Virus record (IMG/VR): IMGVR_UViG_3300032605_000021
DNA length: 57,631 nucleotides
Source: a virus
Reading direction: 5' to 3' (one strand)
Shown: one piece after another, positions 10,001 to 17,787 of the stretch
Layout: every line of letters starts with the position of its first letter
How positions within the stretch are numbered: position 1 is the stretch's first letter
Position numbers and translations under genes: made by a program
The notes under the pieces: generated by a model
Told to the model about the DNA's origin: nothing
The model's input: only the letters and a program-made list of their open reading frames with translations
Databases searched by the model: none

Positions 10001-10168
10001 TTGGATGGCAGTTTGGACGCCATACCTTGTTCCCACTTCAGTCAAATTGAATCGGCAGTTCAGCGATAAGGCAGCACACCCCATCGGGAGATTGGTGGGG
10101 TCGTCCTCATCGACCAACCCCAACCAGCGACTAAATTCAACCTTAGTGGCCCCGCCGTAATTGGCCAT
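7085..10168 (-). CDS. Large tail (nozzle/tubular-B-like) structural protein
   Basis: 1027-aa ORF downstream of the capsid genes, as T7 gp12-type proteins are. It has an internal duplicated domain (GGGTWGTGADVYIAITMVNSIGETLPS vs GGGTFPAGRDVYILQTYVNAAGETLPG), and the motif also occurs in the 528-aa fibre. Confidence 0.5.
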   Translation of the reverse strand: MANYGGATKVEFSRWLGLVDEDDPTNLPMGCAALSLNCRFNLTEVGTRYGVQTAIQGINQSPIAGLLPCAYTPESATQDYFQTILLYDYSGALQIENPTGTGRTTPISSPLVNLPAQSYMIGTQAYNRAWMAFSNLLTPTEFPAAYDLFTQNLYPYGMKPVGFGWYAGAQVLVGECCTLSDIRYGVTVAVGNGHLYICTQAGTCGNVQPVWTAVEGQIYNDGGVIWKEQTPVMANRIPIPASPVLSLAGGGTWGTGADVYIAITMVNSIGETLPSIPVFINPIAGGTTVNVKIPALASLAGWMQGLPANYVPTGANVYVAEVTHGSPAPQLLTYVKFNATPVALGTLYGVTTLGGSVNPPTTNTARITGGQLPTPDVEPVMARSAGGGTFPAGRDVYILQTYVNAAGETLPGPANSMVNTLVDDAFVISTQFPQGYAVTGIRLYECDVPTGTVFDGSTFPQFGDFALIGTYGTGATVTVASSVSGPPPPTANTTGTAGNIAQDTAQGGPNGTQGYRWMTIAYQDMFDTISGFTQASAVNYIVDENGWELSVFNLPTGPAYIQNVICNFAVADGVSAGPYAYSPTTLVSDGIQITATIFPNGTSTATVNFTDEYLAGLIASVGTNTTDRLRVIQPQQCVDLYYSEATDRIFQSGVPGFYSGHWVSLAADPESYYGDTSGIQVGTDDGERAWCVREYQGVPYSLRERSGFELSPSTADPATWTVTKRWTKVGPCGPRAVDVCGQFLLFIHSSGIYKYESSWPELVSKELNRFWNTINWQAQETIWCAIDVEYHEVHIGLPVGSSTVPNVVLVLNYEEGWNNPLLFSRYSGKEITIEACRKYSVWTNITAYCGMRAYRTVTGLPTPDEGPVDTTEEISRQYISQMLYASSAPDGTVQALTPGIYNDNTAGIDCQYETVAAQQMMTLCKLQGLNMNARGNGSLFVEFIAGARRITDWEADTPQPSWLVKMKPIQLELNPTKGISKNTPSKLNERWRLRLTNGCIADAWWSMKYSCVFISPMFAGRLAGESK

Positions 10169-10177
10169 TTACCTGCC

Positions 10178-10525
10178 TTACAGTTCCTGCATGGCGTGGT
10201 CGATTTCGACAGTGATGTTCGCACCGGCAGCATAGGCCCCAGCGAATGCGGCAGCAGCGGCAGCTAGCGTCAGGTTGTACTGTCCCGCCGTGGCCGTGGC
10301 AACAAGGTTGGGCACATAGCCAGATACGTTGTTCGACGTGATGCGCGGAGGCAGCATTGCCGCTCCCGAGGGCCCGGTCACGGTATGGGCGGCCGGGTTG
10401 GATGCAGCGCTGGTGAGCGTCACGACCTCGGGCGCCGCGTAGTTTCCGCTGAGCGCAATGTTGAATACGGTGGACTTGAAGTTGACGCCATGCTTCTGGT
10501 AGAGAATAGTAACTGCGTTTGCCAT
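10178..10525 (-). CDS. Small hypothetical structural-module protein
   Basis: 115-aa ORF in an operon-tight position with Ala/Thr-rich composition. Confidence 0.5.
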   Translation of the reverse strand: MANAVTILYQKHGVNFKSTVFNIALSGNYAAPEVVTLTSAASNPAAHTVTGPSGAAMLPPRITSNNVSGYVPNLVATATAGQYNLTLAAAAAAFAGAYAAGANITVEIDHAMQEL

Positions 10526-10550
10526 GGTGAATGCTCCTTGGTTGAATTGT

Positions 10551-11270
10551 TTAGACCATCTGGACGTACAGGCCGAACGAACGCCATTCGAAACCTATGT
10601 TTCCTTGTAGATTCCAGTTCCACCCGCCGCGCTGTCGGGTATTGTGATTCGGTGAACCGAGCCGGAATGTTTGCCGCTGCATCTGCTGGGTGAGCTTTGC
10701 AGAGATCACATCCCAAGAGGCTTTGGCCTGCTTGCCGTAGTTCTCCGCCCACGCATCATTGGGCCGCTCCAGTCCAATCAGCGCACCAATCGAATACGCC
10801 AGGGCATGCGCCGCGAGCGGGTGAAGCTCGACCACGCTATCATCGGTTGTGAGATCGTCGGGCCGGAAGTCTCCGCGCACGCGAAAGTCGAATATCCCTT
10901 GTTGCACTTGTGGCGGCGTATCCGGCAGGATGGTGCAGTCCTGGCAGGGCTTCCACGGTCCAGTCTGCCCGGTAACTCGGAAGTCAACGAAACGGGGTTC
11001 AACGAGATTCTTGAGCGGATAAGTCTGATTGTTTCCCTGTCCAACTGCAAACGGAGTGAGGTTGTTCTCATCCACGCCAACCGGCACGGCGGGAATGATG
11101 ACCACCTTTTCGATATACGGCGAGCAAGAAAGCTCCAAATACATGATGCTCTGCTCGTAAGCCGTATTGCATTTCGGGGCGAGATACTCCTGAGTGAGCC
11201 AGTCATCATCGGGGTAGGTGACCCCAACGAGGCCACCTACCTGGGAGAAAACATCCCCTCTATTTTGCAT
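10551..11270 (-). CDS. Hypothetical protein (possible head-tail adaptor/tubular-A-like by position)
   Basis: 239-aa ORF immediately upstream of the small and large tail genes. The call rests on position only. Confidence 0.35.
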   Translation of the reverse strand: MQNRGDVFSQVGGLVGVTYPDDDWLTQEYLAPKCNTAYEQSIMYLELSCSPYIEKVVIIPAVPVGVDENNLTPFAVGQGNNQTYPLKNLVEPRFVDFRVTGQTGPWKPCQDCTILPDTPPQVQQGIFDFRVRGDFRPDDLTTDDSVVELHPLAAHALAYSIGALIGLERPNDAWAENYGKQAKASWDVISAKLTQQMQRQTFRLGSPNHNTRQRGGWNWNLQGNIGFEWRSFGLYVQMV

Positions 11271-11273
11271 GGA

Positions 11274-12212
11274 CTATTCCCTCAACTTAATGCGCCGGTC
11301 CTGCTCAGCCTTGGCTTTCTTCCACGCCTCACCGGTCAGTGTGTTCATTCGGACATTCTCGAATTCGATTTCACCGCTCATGAATGCGAGCAGCGGATCG
11401 ACCACGTAAGAGCACTTGCACATGCCTGTTTTCGACACGTACTGCGCGTTGCATCGCGGGCAGCAATCCTCGGCCTTGAACTGGACTTCGCGCCAGGATG
11501 GGGCTTTCTGAATCTGCTTCTGCTGCAACATGAAGTCAGCCACGGTGTGCTGGTACTTCTGAATGTTCTTGCGCTTCTGCGGGTCGTCGGCATCGTGTCC
11601 CGCCTCAATCAGCACCGCATGGCAATGGTTGTAAAGTTGCTCCCTTGCCTGGGCGATGCAGTCTTTCAGTGGACGGTCGATGAAGCGTAAATAGCGGCGT
11701 CCCTTTTTGAAGACGTATTCCGGAACGCGAACAACGGTGTCCGGCTTCACGCCGTCCATGTCGCCCTCGAAGACCACAACGCCGCCCGACTTCACGAGTT
11801 TGTCCTCGTCGGTCTCGCCAATGTACCAGTGCTTGAATTCCATCAACTGTTCGACCGGGAGCAGAATCTTGACGTCGTAGCGAGCCCGGAGGCTCTTGTC
11901 CGACATCTCCTGATTGCCGCGGTAGATGGGAAAGCTGCGGGTTCCAATGACGGTGAGAACGCCAAACGGCTTGTCACTGGGCTTTGCGGGAACCGTGTAG
12001 TCCCAGAGGCCAGTTTCGACCTTGAGCGGGAACGGCGAAAGGTTGATGATCGTTGCCGGCTTGATTTCGCCGCGGAGTTCCAGTTCGGTGAGTTTCTGTT
12101 CGCGGATTGCAAGCCGCTCCTGGGCTGCATGACCGAGGCTTGCGGTGTCGGGACGGCCGCCGGATGAAAGCATTGAGTCGGCGCCGATGATTGGGGCTGG
12201 GATAGTTGCCAT
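11274..12212 (-). CDS. Hypothetical structural-module protein with C-terminal Cys cluster
   Basis: 312-aa ORF containing CCPRCNAQYVSKTGMCKC. Confidence 0.5.
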   Translation of the reverse strand: MATIPAPIIGADSMLSSGGRPDTASLGHAAQERLAIREQKLTELELRGEIKPATIINLSPFPLKVETGLWDYTVPAKPSDKPFGVLTVIGTRSFPIYRGNQEMSDKSLRARYDVKILLPVEQLMEFKHWYIGETDEDKLVKSGGVVVFEGDMDGVKPDTVVRVPEYVFKKGRRYLRFIDRPLKDCIAQAREQLYNHCHAVLIEAGHDADDPQKRKNIQKYQHTVADFMLQQKQIQKAPSWREVQFKAEDCCPRCNAQYVSKTGMCKCSYVVDPLLAFMSGEIEFENVRMNTLTGEAWKKAKAEQDRRIKLRE

Positions 12213-12258
12213 GGTGATACGCTCCTTCTGTTGCGCTCCGAGAACTTGTCCCGCGAGG

Positions 12259-12954
12259 TTAGAGGTGACTCATCAAGCCTTGCTTGTTGACGAGCCGGTT
12301 GCGGAAGCCCGAGAGTGCCGGATTTCCCTTGATGAATTCCAGATGCGTCTCGCGCATGTAGGTGACTTCGCGCAGGAAAGCGTCATACTGGGCCGCTTCC
12401 TTTGCGTCAGCCTCCTCCATGTCCTTCTGCATCGCGCGGGCAATTTCCTTCTCGTCAACAATGCCATGACAGTGCGATGAGTTTTCCCATTGCGCGATGG
12501 CCTGGTGAATGTCCTCGAGCAGCGGTATCTGCGGCCATGGACCACCGCCGGATAGCATGAAGTAGCCGCCGCGCTCGGGATATGGGCCCATCATCGGCGT
12601 CACGTTGTCCTGAGAGAGAGCCGACTCCCACTGCTGCCTGGACCCATAAGCCGATGGCGGAAACCACCGCTCAAGAATCCAGCCGGTGCAGGGATACTTG
12701 GGAACCCAGAACATGCCGACTCGAATAGCGTCCGGCGCGATCTGGCGGGTCTGGTAGCGAACGTCCTTGCCGACCGTCTCAAAGTGCACCTGCTCGGTGT
12801 CCTCTGCGAATTCCGTCCACATGCCGGCGCGCTGGACGAGATGGTTTTCAGCAAGGATGATGCGCCAATTCGGCTGATTGAATTCATTCTTGCCACCCCA
12901 TGCGAGTAGTTTGGCGGTTACTTCATGGGGCGTGTCGCGGAGAGGATCGAGCAT
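12259..12954 (-). CDS. Hypothetical protein
   Basis: 231-aa ORF with a 1-nt overlap with the upstream ORF. Confidence 0.5.
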   Translation of the reverse strand: MLDPLRDTPHEVTAKLLAWGGKNEFNQPNWRIILAENHLVQRAGMWTEFAEDTEQVHFETVGKDVRYQTRQIAPDAIRVGMFWVPKYPCTGWILERWFPPSAYGSRQQWESALSQDNVTPMMGPYPERGGYFMLSGGGPWPQIPLLEDIHQAIAQWENSSHCHGIVDEKEIARAMQKDMEEADAKEAAQYDAFLREVTYMRETHLEFIKGNPALSGFRNRLVNKQGLMSHL

Positions 12955-13271
12955 TAGCGACCAAACCTATCGAGCGGAGTGAAGTAGCGCCGCCAAGAAT
13001 ACCACGGATGCAAAGCGCGACGGATGGACCTCTTGTAAGCCTTGGTGCGCCAGCGGTACTCGTCGTAGCCCCGCATGAGCGCGTTTGCAAACCAAGTGGT
13101 CAACGTGGCCTCATCAAGCCCAATGTGATAAGCCAGGTTATGCTTCACGAATTCCTTCGCCCAAACTTGAGCGTCGAAAGACCCAATCAACTCGCCCTCG
13201 GGAATCATGCTCTCTCGTGCTTCCCGTTCAACTCGCTCCTTGACTGTTTCACCGTTGCAGGGTGGTGTCAT
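12954..13271 (-). CDS. Hypothetical protein
   Basis: 105-aa ORF downstream of the capsid gene. Confidence 0.5.
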   Translation of the reverse strand: MTPPCNGETVKERVEREARESMIPEGELIGSFDAQVWAKEFVKHNLAYHIGLDEATLTTWFANALMRGYDEYRWRTKAYKRSIRRALHPWYSWRRYFTPLDRFGR

Positions 13272-13372
13272 GCTTCCTCCAAACTGAAGCGGGCCGCCGA
13301 AGCAGCCCGCCGAGGTTACGTGTCGGGGTTGAATTGGAAGGACATAGAATTAATCTAAGTCCTTACAATTCA

Positions 13373-14677
13373 CTAATTTGAAAAGCTGGTCTGAATGGAC
13401 AAGCCATAGATAACGCCGCTCGTCCAGTTATTACGCGAGGCGTAGTTTACGGCGTCGTAGAGCCAGGCATCCTTGTAGCTCGACGTGTTGTTGCCGCTCG
13501 GCCGCTGGAACCAGATGCCCTCGATCTGACCGGGGACAAACTGGGGCGCATCATTGAAGCGGCAGCGGATCATACTGGAGCGATCCATGAAGTAGAGTTT
13601 GTCGATGGCCGCCACGGTGTCCAGAAGCCACTCGACGCCGGCAATCATCTCCATGGTGAACGTGTCGGGCACGCCGTCAAACTTGGGAGCCTTGCCGGTC
13701 GGCATGGTCACTTGCTGGATGGCAAATCCCAACTGGTTCCACGATGCCCTTTGCGCGTTGTGTCCGTACCAAAAGTTCTTGGGCCGGTCGCGATTATAGG
13801 TCGTGTTGCCCATGGCCTGCTGCATCCGGGTCAGGAACGTCTCGACGATACCCAGGGTGAGCAGGGAGTTGGCATTGTAGGCCGGGCTCTGGACGTAGGA
13901 GAGGCTACGGTCCATCCCCAGATACTCGCCGGTCGTGTTCGGGCTGACGATGTACTGGATGCCGTTGAAGAACAGCGGGGATCCAGACGCCACGTTGTTG
14001 ACCATCACGTAATCGCCGGCGACCACGCCAGGGGGCACATTGTCAACAGTGATCTGGTTGCCAGTGCCGATGCCGTTCTTGGGAGCATCGACCACAACAG
14101 CCGCGCCGCGGAGAGTGTAGTTTCCGTCGCCCGACATGAACTGAACGGTGTCCTGAATGTCGATCAGGCGGGAACCGAAGGGCGAGGATGCCAGAGCGAT
14201 GGGGTTGGCGCCTCCGCCGGCGTAGGTGGCCGAGACGGTTGCGATCTGGCCGGTGTTGAATCCCTGAAGCGACTGATTCCGCTTCTTGGGCATCTTGGTG
14301 TGAGCGTCGGCCACGAGCTTGTCGACGGGGTTGACGGCGATAACTGTCTTGCCGGAATTGCCGATGCGCTTCTGGAGATCGGTGCAGGTGATGGCGAGCA
14401 GGATTTCGACGGGGGTCATAATCCCCTCGTTGTAGGCCCCGCCAGTGCCGGTCGGGTAGTTGCCGCCATCGGTCGAGCCGGCGCCGAAGCTGCCACCGTA
14501 CTCGTACTGCAGCATGACGCGGAATTCCTGGAGGCTGGTGATGGTCTGCGGGCCCATGGTCGAGAACCGGCGGTCAAGCTCCGACTCCATGTTCTCAATG
14601 ACTTCCTTGGGGGGCGTGTAGGTCTGCAGCATGATGACGGAATCAGCAGATGCGGTGGTGAAATTAGGTGCGGGCAT
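13373..14677 (-). CDS. Major capsid protein (HK97-fold type inferred)
   Basis: 434-aa ORF following portal and scaffold in the canonical order. Size and composition are typical of major capsid proteins. No search was run. Confidence 0.6.
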   Translation of the reverse strand: MPAPNFTTASADSVIMLQTYTPPKEVIENMESELDRRFSTMGPQTITSLQEFRVMLQYEYGGSFGAGSTDGGNYPTGTGGAYNEGIMTPVEILLAITCTDLQKRIGNSGKTVIAVNPVDKLVADAHTKMPKKRNQSLQGFNTGQIATVSATYAGGGANPIALASSPFGSRLIDIQDTVQFMSGDGNYTLRGAAVVVDAPKNGIGTGNQITVDNVPPGVVAGDYVMVNNVASGSPLFFNGIQYIVSPNTTGEYLGMDRSLSYVQSPAYNANSLLTLGIVETFLTRMQQAMGNTTYNRDRPKNFWYGHNAQRASWNQLGFAIQQVTMPTGKAPKFDGVPDTFTMEMIAGVEWLLDTVAAIDKLYFMDRSSMIRCRFNDAPQFVPGQIEGIWFQRPSGNNTSSYKDAWLYDAVNYASRNNWTSGVIYGLSIQTSFSN

Positions 14678-14815
14678 GATGAAACACTCCTTCGCTCACG
14701 TTCCATGTGGGGAGCGTGTCGCGGCATTGCTCGGTTAGGAGTGGGCGGTGCGCCTCGGGACGATGCCAGGGGCGGCTTGGGGCGGTGAGGGCTTAGCCCT
14801 ACGCGCGGCGAAAGG

Positions 14816-15340
14816 TTACTGAATCACTAAGGTTTTCGAATCGATCGTCCCGTCGGCGGAAGCGGATGATACGCCGATATTTGGTACGTCTGGATCGTTC
14901 TTACCCTTACGAACAGCCAACTCTTCTCGAACCGCTTGTGAGGCTAGGCCTCTATTCTTTCCGTTATCTTCCAGGTTGTTGACTTCTAACCACACTCGCA
15001 TGAGCTGCATGAACAAACGCTCTGGTTTGACCCGGCGAGGCTTCGGTTGGGCGACATCTATGCGCTCGGCAAACAACGGCAAATTCTGATCCTCGATCAA
15101 TACTTCCAGATCAGGACCATTAAAATGGAACCATTCCCCGTTAAGTCTCTGCGCGGCGTATCGCTTATGCAGGTAGGTTTCCAGTTCCACGCAGTTTACG
15201 GTTTTCCAGACAGCAAAAATCTCCAACTCAAAAGGGAGCAAGATTCCTAATTCCCTCACGCGAACGCGCGGACTCAAGGCTCTTCCTATCTTGTACCAAC
15301 TATGCCTTTTAGAGCCAATCAAGTAAACGAACCCGCGCAT
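14816..15340 (-). CDS. T5orf172 / GIY-YIG-superfamily domain protein (homing-endonuclease-like insert)
   Basis: GFVYLIGS...WYKIGRALSPRVRVRELG...ELETYLHKRY...NGEWFHF follows the T5orf172 pattern (GyvYvl..yKIG.t...R...L....lE..lH..f....EWF). The gene is visibly AT-richer than its flanks and is bounded by 138- and 120-bp gaps. Confidence 0.65.
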   Translation of the reverse strand: MRGFVYLIGSKRHSWYKIGRALSPRVRVRELGILLPFELEIFAVWKTVNCVELETYLHKRYAAQRLNGEWFHFNGPDLEVLIEDQNLPLFAERIDVAQPKPRRVKPERLFMQLMRVWLEVNNLEDNGKNRGLASQAVREELAVRKGKNDPDVPNIGVSSASADGTIDSKTLVIQ

Positions 15341-15460
15341 ATCGTTTTTCCTCGAACTCTTTTGCTCCGCCCCCGGACTCTTTCCCTTGCGGGAACCAAT
15401 GCCAATGTAGGGCCGGTTAGACCCAAGAGGGGACCGTTTTCGCGCTGCGGAGCAAACTTA

Positions 15461-17176
15461 CTACCTGCCAACCAGCAATCGCCGTTGGCGTGCGAGCGTT
15501 TGGCTCATTTGCTCGCTTGCACCTAAAGAATGCCAGTCTTTTACCTCGGATGCAAGTTGTTTTGTTGCCTCTCTGTATGCGTCGTCGGGGCTCATCTGCT
15601 GCGGGCGGGCTGCCGGGCCTGCCTTCGGCTCGACGCTGGCCGCGGGAGCCTTGTCTGCTCCCGCTGCGGCTGTCGCTGCGGTCGATGCCTGCTGGCCGTA
15701 CTGGCGAACCAGCTTGGTCACGATCCGGTTGAGCAGGCTCTTGCCGCTATCATCTCTCGACTGCAACATGGCGTCGAAGGCGGAAAGACGTGCCTGGAGG
15801 TTTTCGGGGGTTGGGTTGGCGATGTACTGCAACTCAAGCTGCATTTGCTTGTTGCTCTCGTAGGGGTCGGCTTTGATGTGCGTCTCAATAGCCTTGCCTA
15901 CTTCGTTGTCGAATGCGGTGTAGTTCTGGCCGGGAACTTTGGCGTCCAACTGCCACTGCGGAATGACGGCGCCAGCCGCGCGGAGCTTCTCGACCATGCC
16001 GCGGGCTTGATCGAATGTCCGCTTGCCGGCATCGGCAAAGAACTTGGCATTTCCCTCAGTCCGGGCCTGTTCCCGGTTCTGCTTCTTGCTGCCAGCCTTG
16101 GCCGCAGCATTCTCGCTCTCGATCCGCTTGGCCTCGTCAAGCCGGGCCTGAACATCCTTGCGGGTATTCTCGTCAAGGTGCGACAGGTCGGGATCTTGCT
16201 TTACGGCTGGATCTGCCGGGTGCAAGTCATCCTTGATGATTGAGAGCGCGAGCTTGAGATCATTATCCCGCTCCCGCTGGGCATCATCGGTATACTGGTT
16301 GGCGGCAATGCGCGCCTCGACCTCGGCAAGCGTTGAATCCGCATAACGGTCAACCACGTGCTCGCCAAAGAGGTACAGGTCGTCGCCGTAGACCGGCTGG
16401 CCTGTTTCGTCTATGACCTGCTTGCCATCGGCGCCGACAACCGCAAACTCCTGCATGAACGAGTCGAATGCCTTGGACATTCCCTCCGGCGTCTCGGCCA
16501 TCTGGAACTGGCTGCGCAGGCCGATGGTGCGATTGGCGGTGTCGCGGGCAAAGGTGGCAGCATCTTTGTTCGGGAAAATGCCCTTGAATTGCGACAGTTC
16601 CGCGTTCTCGCGCGCCATCTTGAATAATGCGCCCTTGGCAGCAGGGTTAGCCTCGACTGCAGCTTTGAGCGCTTCATCGCCCTTGAGCAGATCGTTGAGC
16701 GCCTGGGGCGTCAGCGGGGCCGGTCCATCGTCCATTGTGAACGGCTCGGCGTCGGCGGCCGTTTCAGTCTCGGCCGGTTTCGTCTCACCTTCTACTGGTT
16801 GCGCCTCCGGTTCGGCGGCCGGCGTCTCGGTTGCAGGCGCTTCCGTTCCTTCCCACGGCGATTCGTCAGTTACCGGGACATTGGGGTTCGCTTCCTTGAA
16901 TGCGGCCAGGTCCTGCTTCCATTGAACCTCGGCCATGTAGGAGTCGGTGGCGTTGCCGTACTCGCCGGGGTTGAGTTTGGCGGGCGGCTGCGGAGTGGTC
17001 GAGGACGGCGAGACGCCAGCGGCGGGTGTTGCTGTTGTTGCCGCTGGCGCGGGGGTGGACGGGGCCGCCGAAGCGGGGGATGCTGCCGGAGGAGCAGCGG
17101 CGGGCGCTGGAGCCGGGGCCGGTGCGGGCGCGGCGGCGGCTGGTGCTGAGATCGGGATTACAGGGGTTGTTGCCAT
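15461..17176 (-). CDS. Scaffolding protein (putative)
   Basis: 571 aa, lying between portal and capsid. It has an Ala/Pro-rich N-terminus and a long acidic, helical-looking body. Confidence 0.55.
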   Translation of the reverse strand: MATTPVIPISAPAAAAPAPAPAPAPAAAPPAASPASAAPSTPAPAATTATPAAGVSPSSTTPQPPAKLNPGEYGNATDSYMAEVQWKQDLAAFKEANPNVPVTDESPWEGTEAPATETPAAEPEAQPVEGETKPAETETAADAEPFTMDDGPAPLTPQALNDLLKGDEALKAAVEANPAAKGALFKMARENAELSQFKGIFPNKDAATFARDTANRTIGLRSQFQMAETPEGMSKAFDSFMQEFAVVGADGKQVIDETGQPVYGDDLYLFGEHVVDRYADSTLAEVEARIAANQYTDDAQRERDNDLKLALSIIKDDLHPADPAVKQDPDLSHLDENTRKDVQARLDEAKRIESENAAAKAGSKKQNREQARTEGNAKFFADAGKRTFDQARGMVEKLRAAGAVIPQWQLDAKVPGQNYTAFDNEVGKAIETHIKADPYESNKQMQLELQYIANPTPENLQARLSAFDAMLQSRDDSGKSLLNRIVTKLVRQYGQQASTAATAAAGADKAPAASVEPKAGPAARPQQMSPDDAYREATKQLASEVKDWHSLGASEQMSQTLARQRRLLVGR

Positions 17177-17257
17177 GGGTGATGCTCCTTCAAAAGACTG
17201 CGAGAACTTGTCCCGTCAGGTTGTCAGGTTGTGGTTGACACGATGGCGAAGTGACTT

Positions 17258-17776
17258 TTAGCCGGGGAGCGGGTTGTCTGAGGTTGATCCTGGTTCGCCT
17301 TCGACCAATGGAACTTCCGGGGCGATGGTGATGCCTTCGGGGATGGTGCCGACGCCGTGCCCAAACTCTCCGCCGTCGGGATTCTCTGCGCCCTGATGGC
17401 CACCTGCCTGCTCGATCGCGTGCGGCGACTCGGGCGCGCCGGGCGTGACCGGGCCTTGAGCCTCGTCGAGTTGCTCGGGGGCTCTGTCGGGGATAGCAGT
17501 TGGAGTCTGAGGAACAGGAACCGGCTCAACTGGTGCCACTTCGCCCCATGGCCTCCACCCAAACACATTCCCCTCGACAAATGGCTGTACCGCCTGTTGC
17601 ACCTGCGCAATACCGCGCGTGGTGCCCTGGGCGAGCAGCGTGGGGCCAATCTCAGGCTGTGCGTAGAGCAGGGTGAGCAGTTCGCCCTTATCGGACTGGA
17701 GCGACGAGAGCACGATTGCCGGAATGGGTTTGCCGTTCCGGACATAAATTACTGAGTCATTGAAGACGTGAGACAT
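17258..17776 (-). CDS. Hypothetical protein
   Basis: 172-aa ORF between portal and scaffold with a Pro/Glu-rich C-terminal half. Confidence 0.45.
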   Translation of the reverse strand: MSHVFNDSVIYVRNGKPIPAIVLSSLQSDKGELLTLLYAQPEIGPTLLAQGTTRGIAQVQQAVQPFVEGNVFGWRPWGEVAPVEPVPVPQTPTAIPDRAPEQLDEAQGPVTPGAPESPHAIEQAGGHQGAENPDGGEFGHGVGTIPEGITIAPEVPLVEGEPGSTSDNPLPG

Positions 17777-17787
17777 GCCAATTCTCC

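Noticed and set aside
13712-14788. Long alternative or antisense ORFs inside confident genes, e.g. 13712..14788(+), 10671..11690(+), 49093..49944(-), 45818..46465(-), 39408..40241(-), 5822..6586(+), 519..1094(+), 3968..4585(+), 50721..51371(-)
   Set aside because: High GC content keeps non-coding frames open. Their translations are Arg/Gly/Pro/Ala-biased with no motifs, and each lies opposite or out of frame to a gene with clear family signatures or operon coupling.
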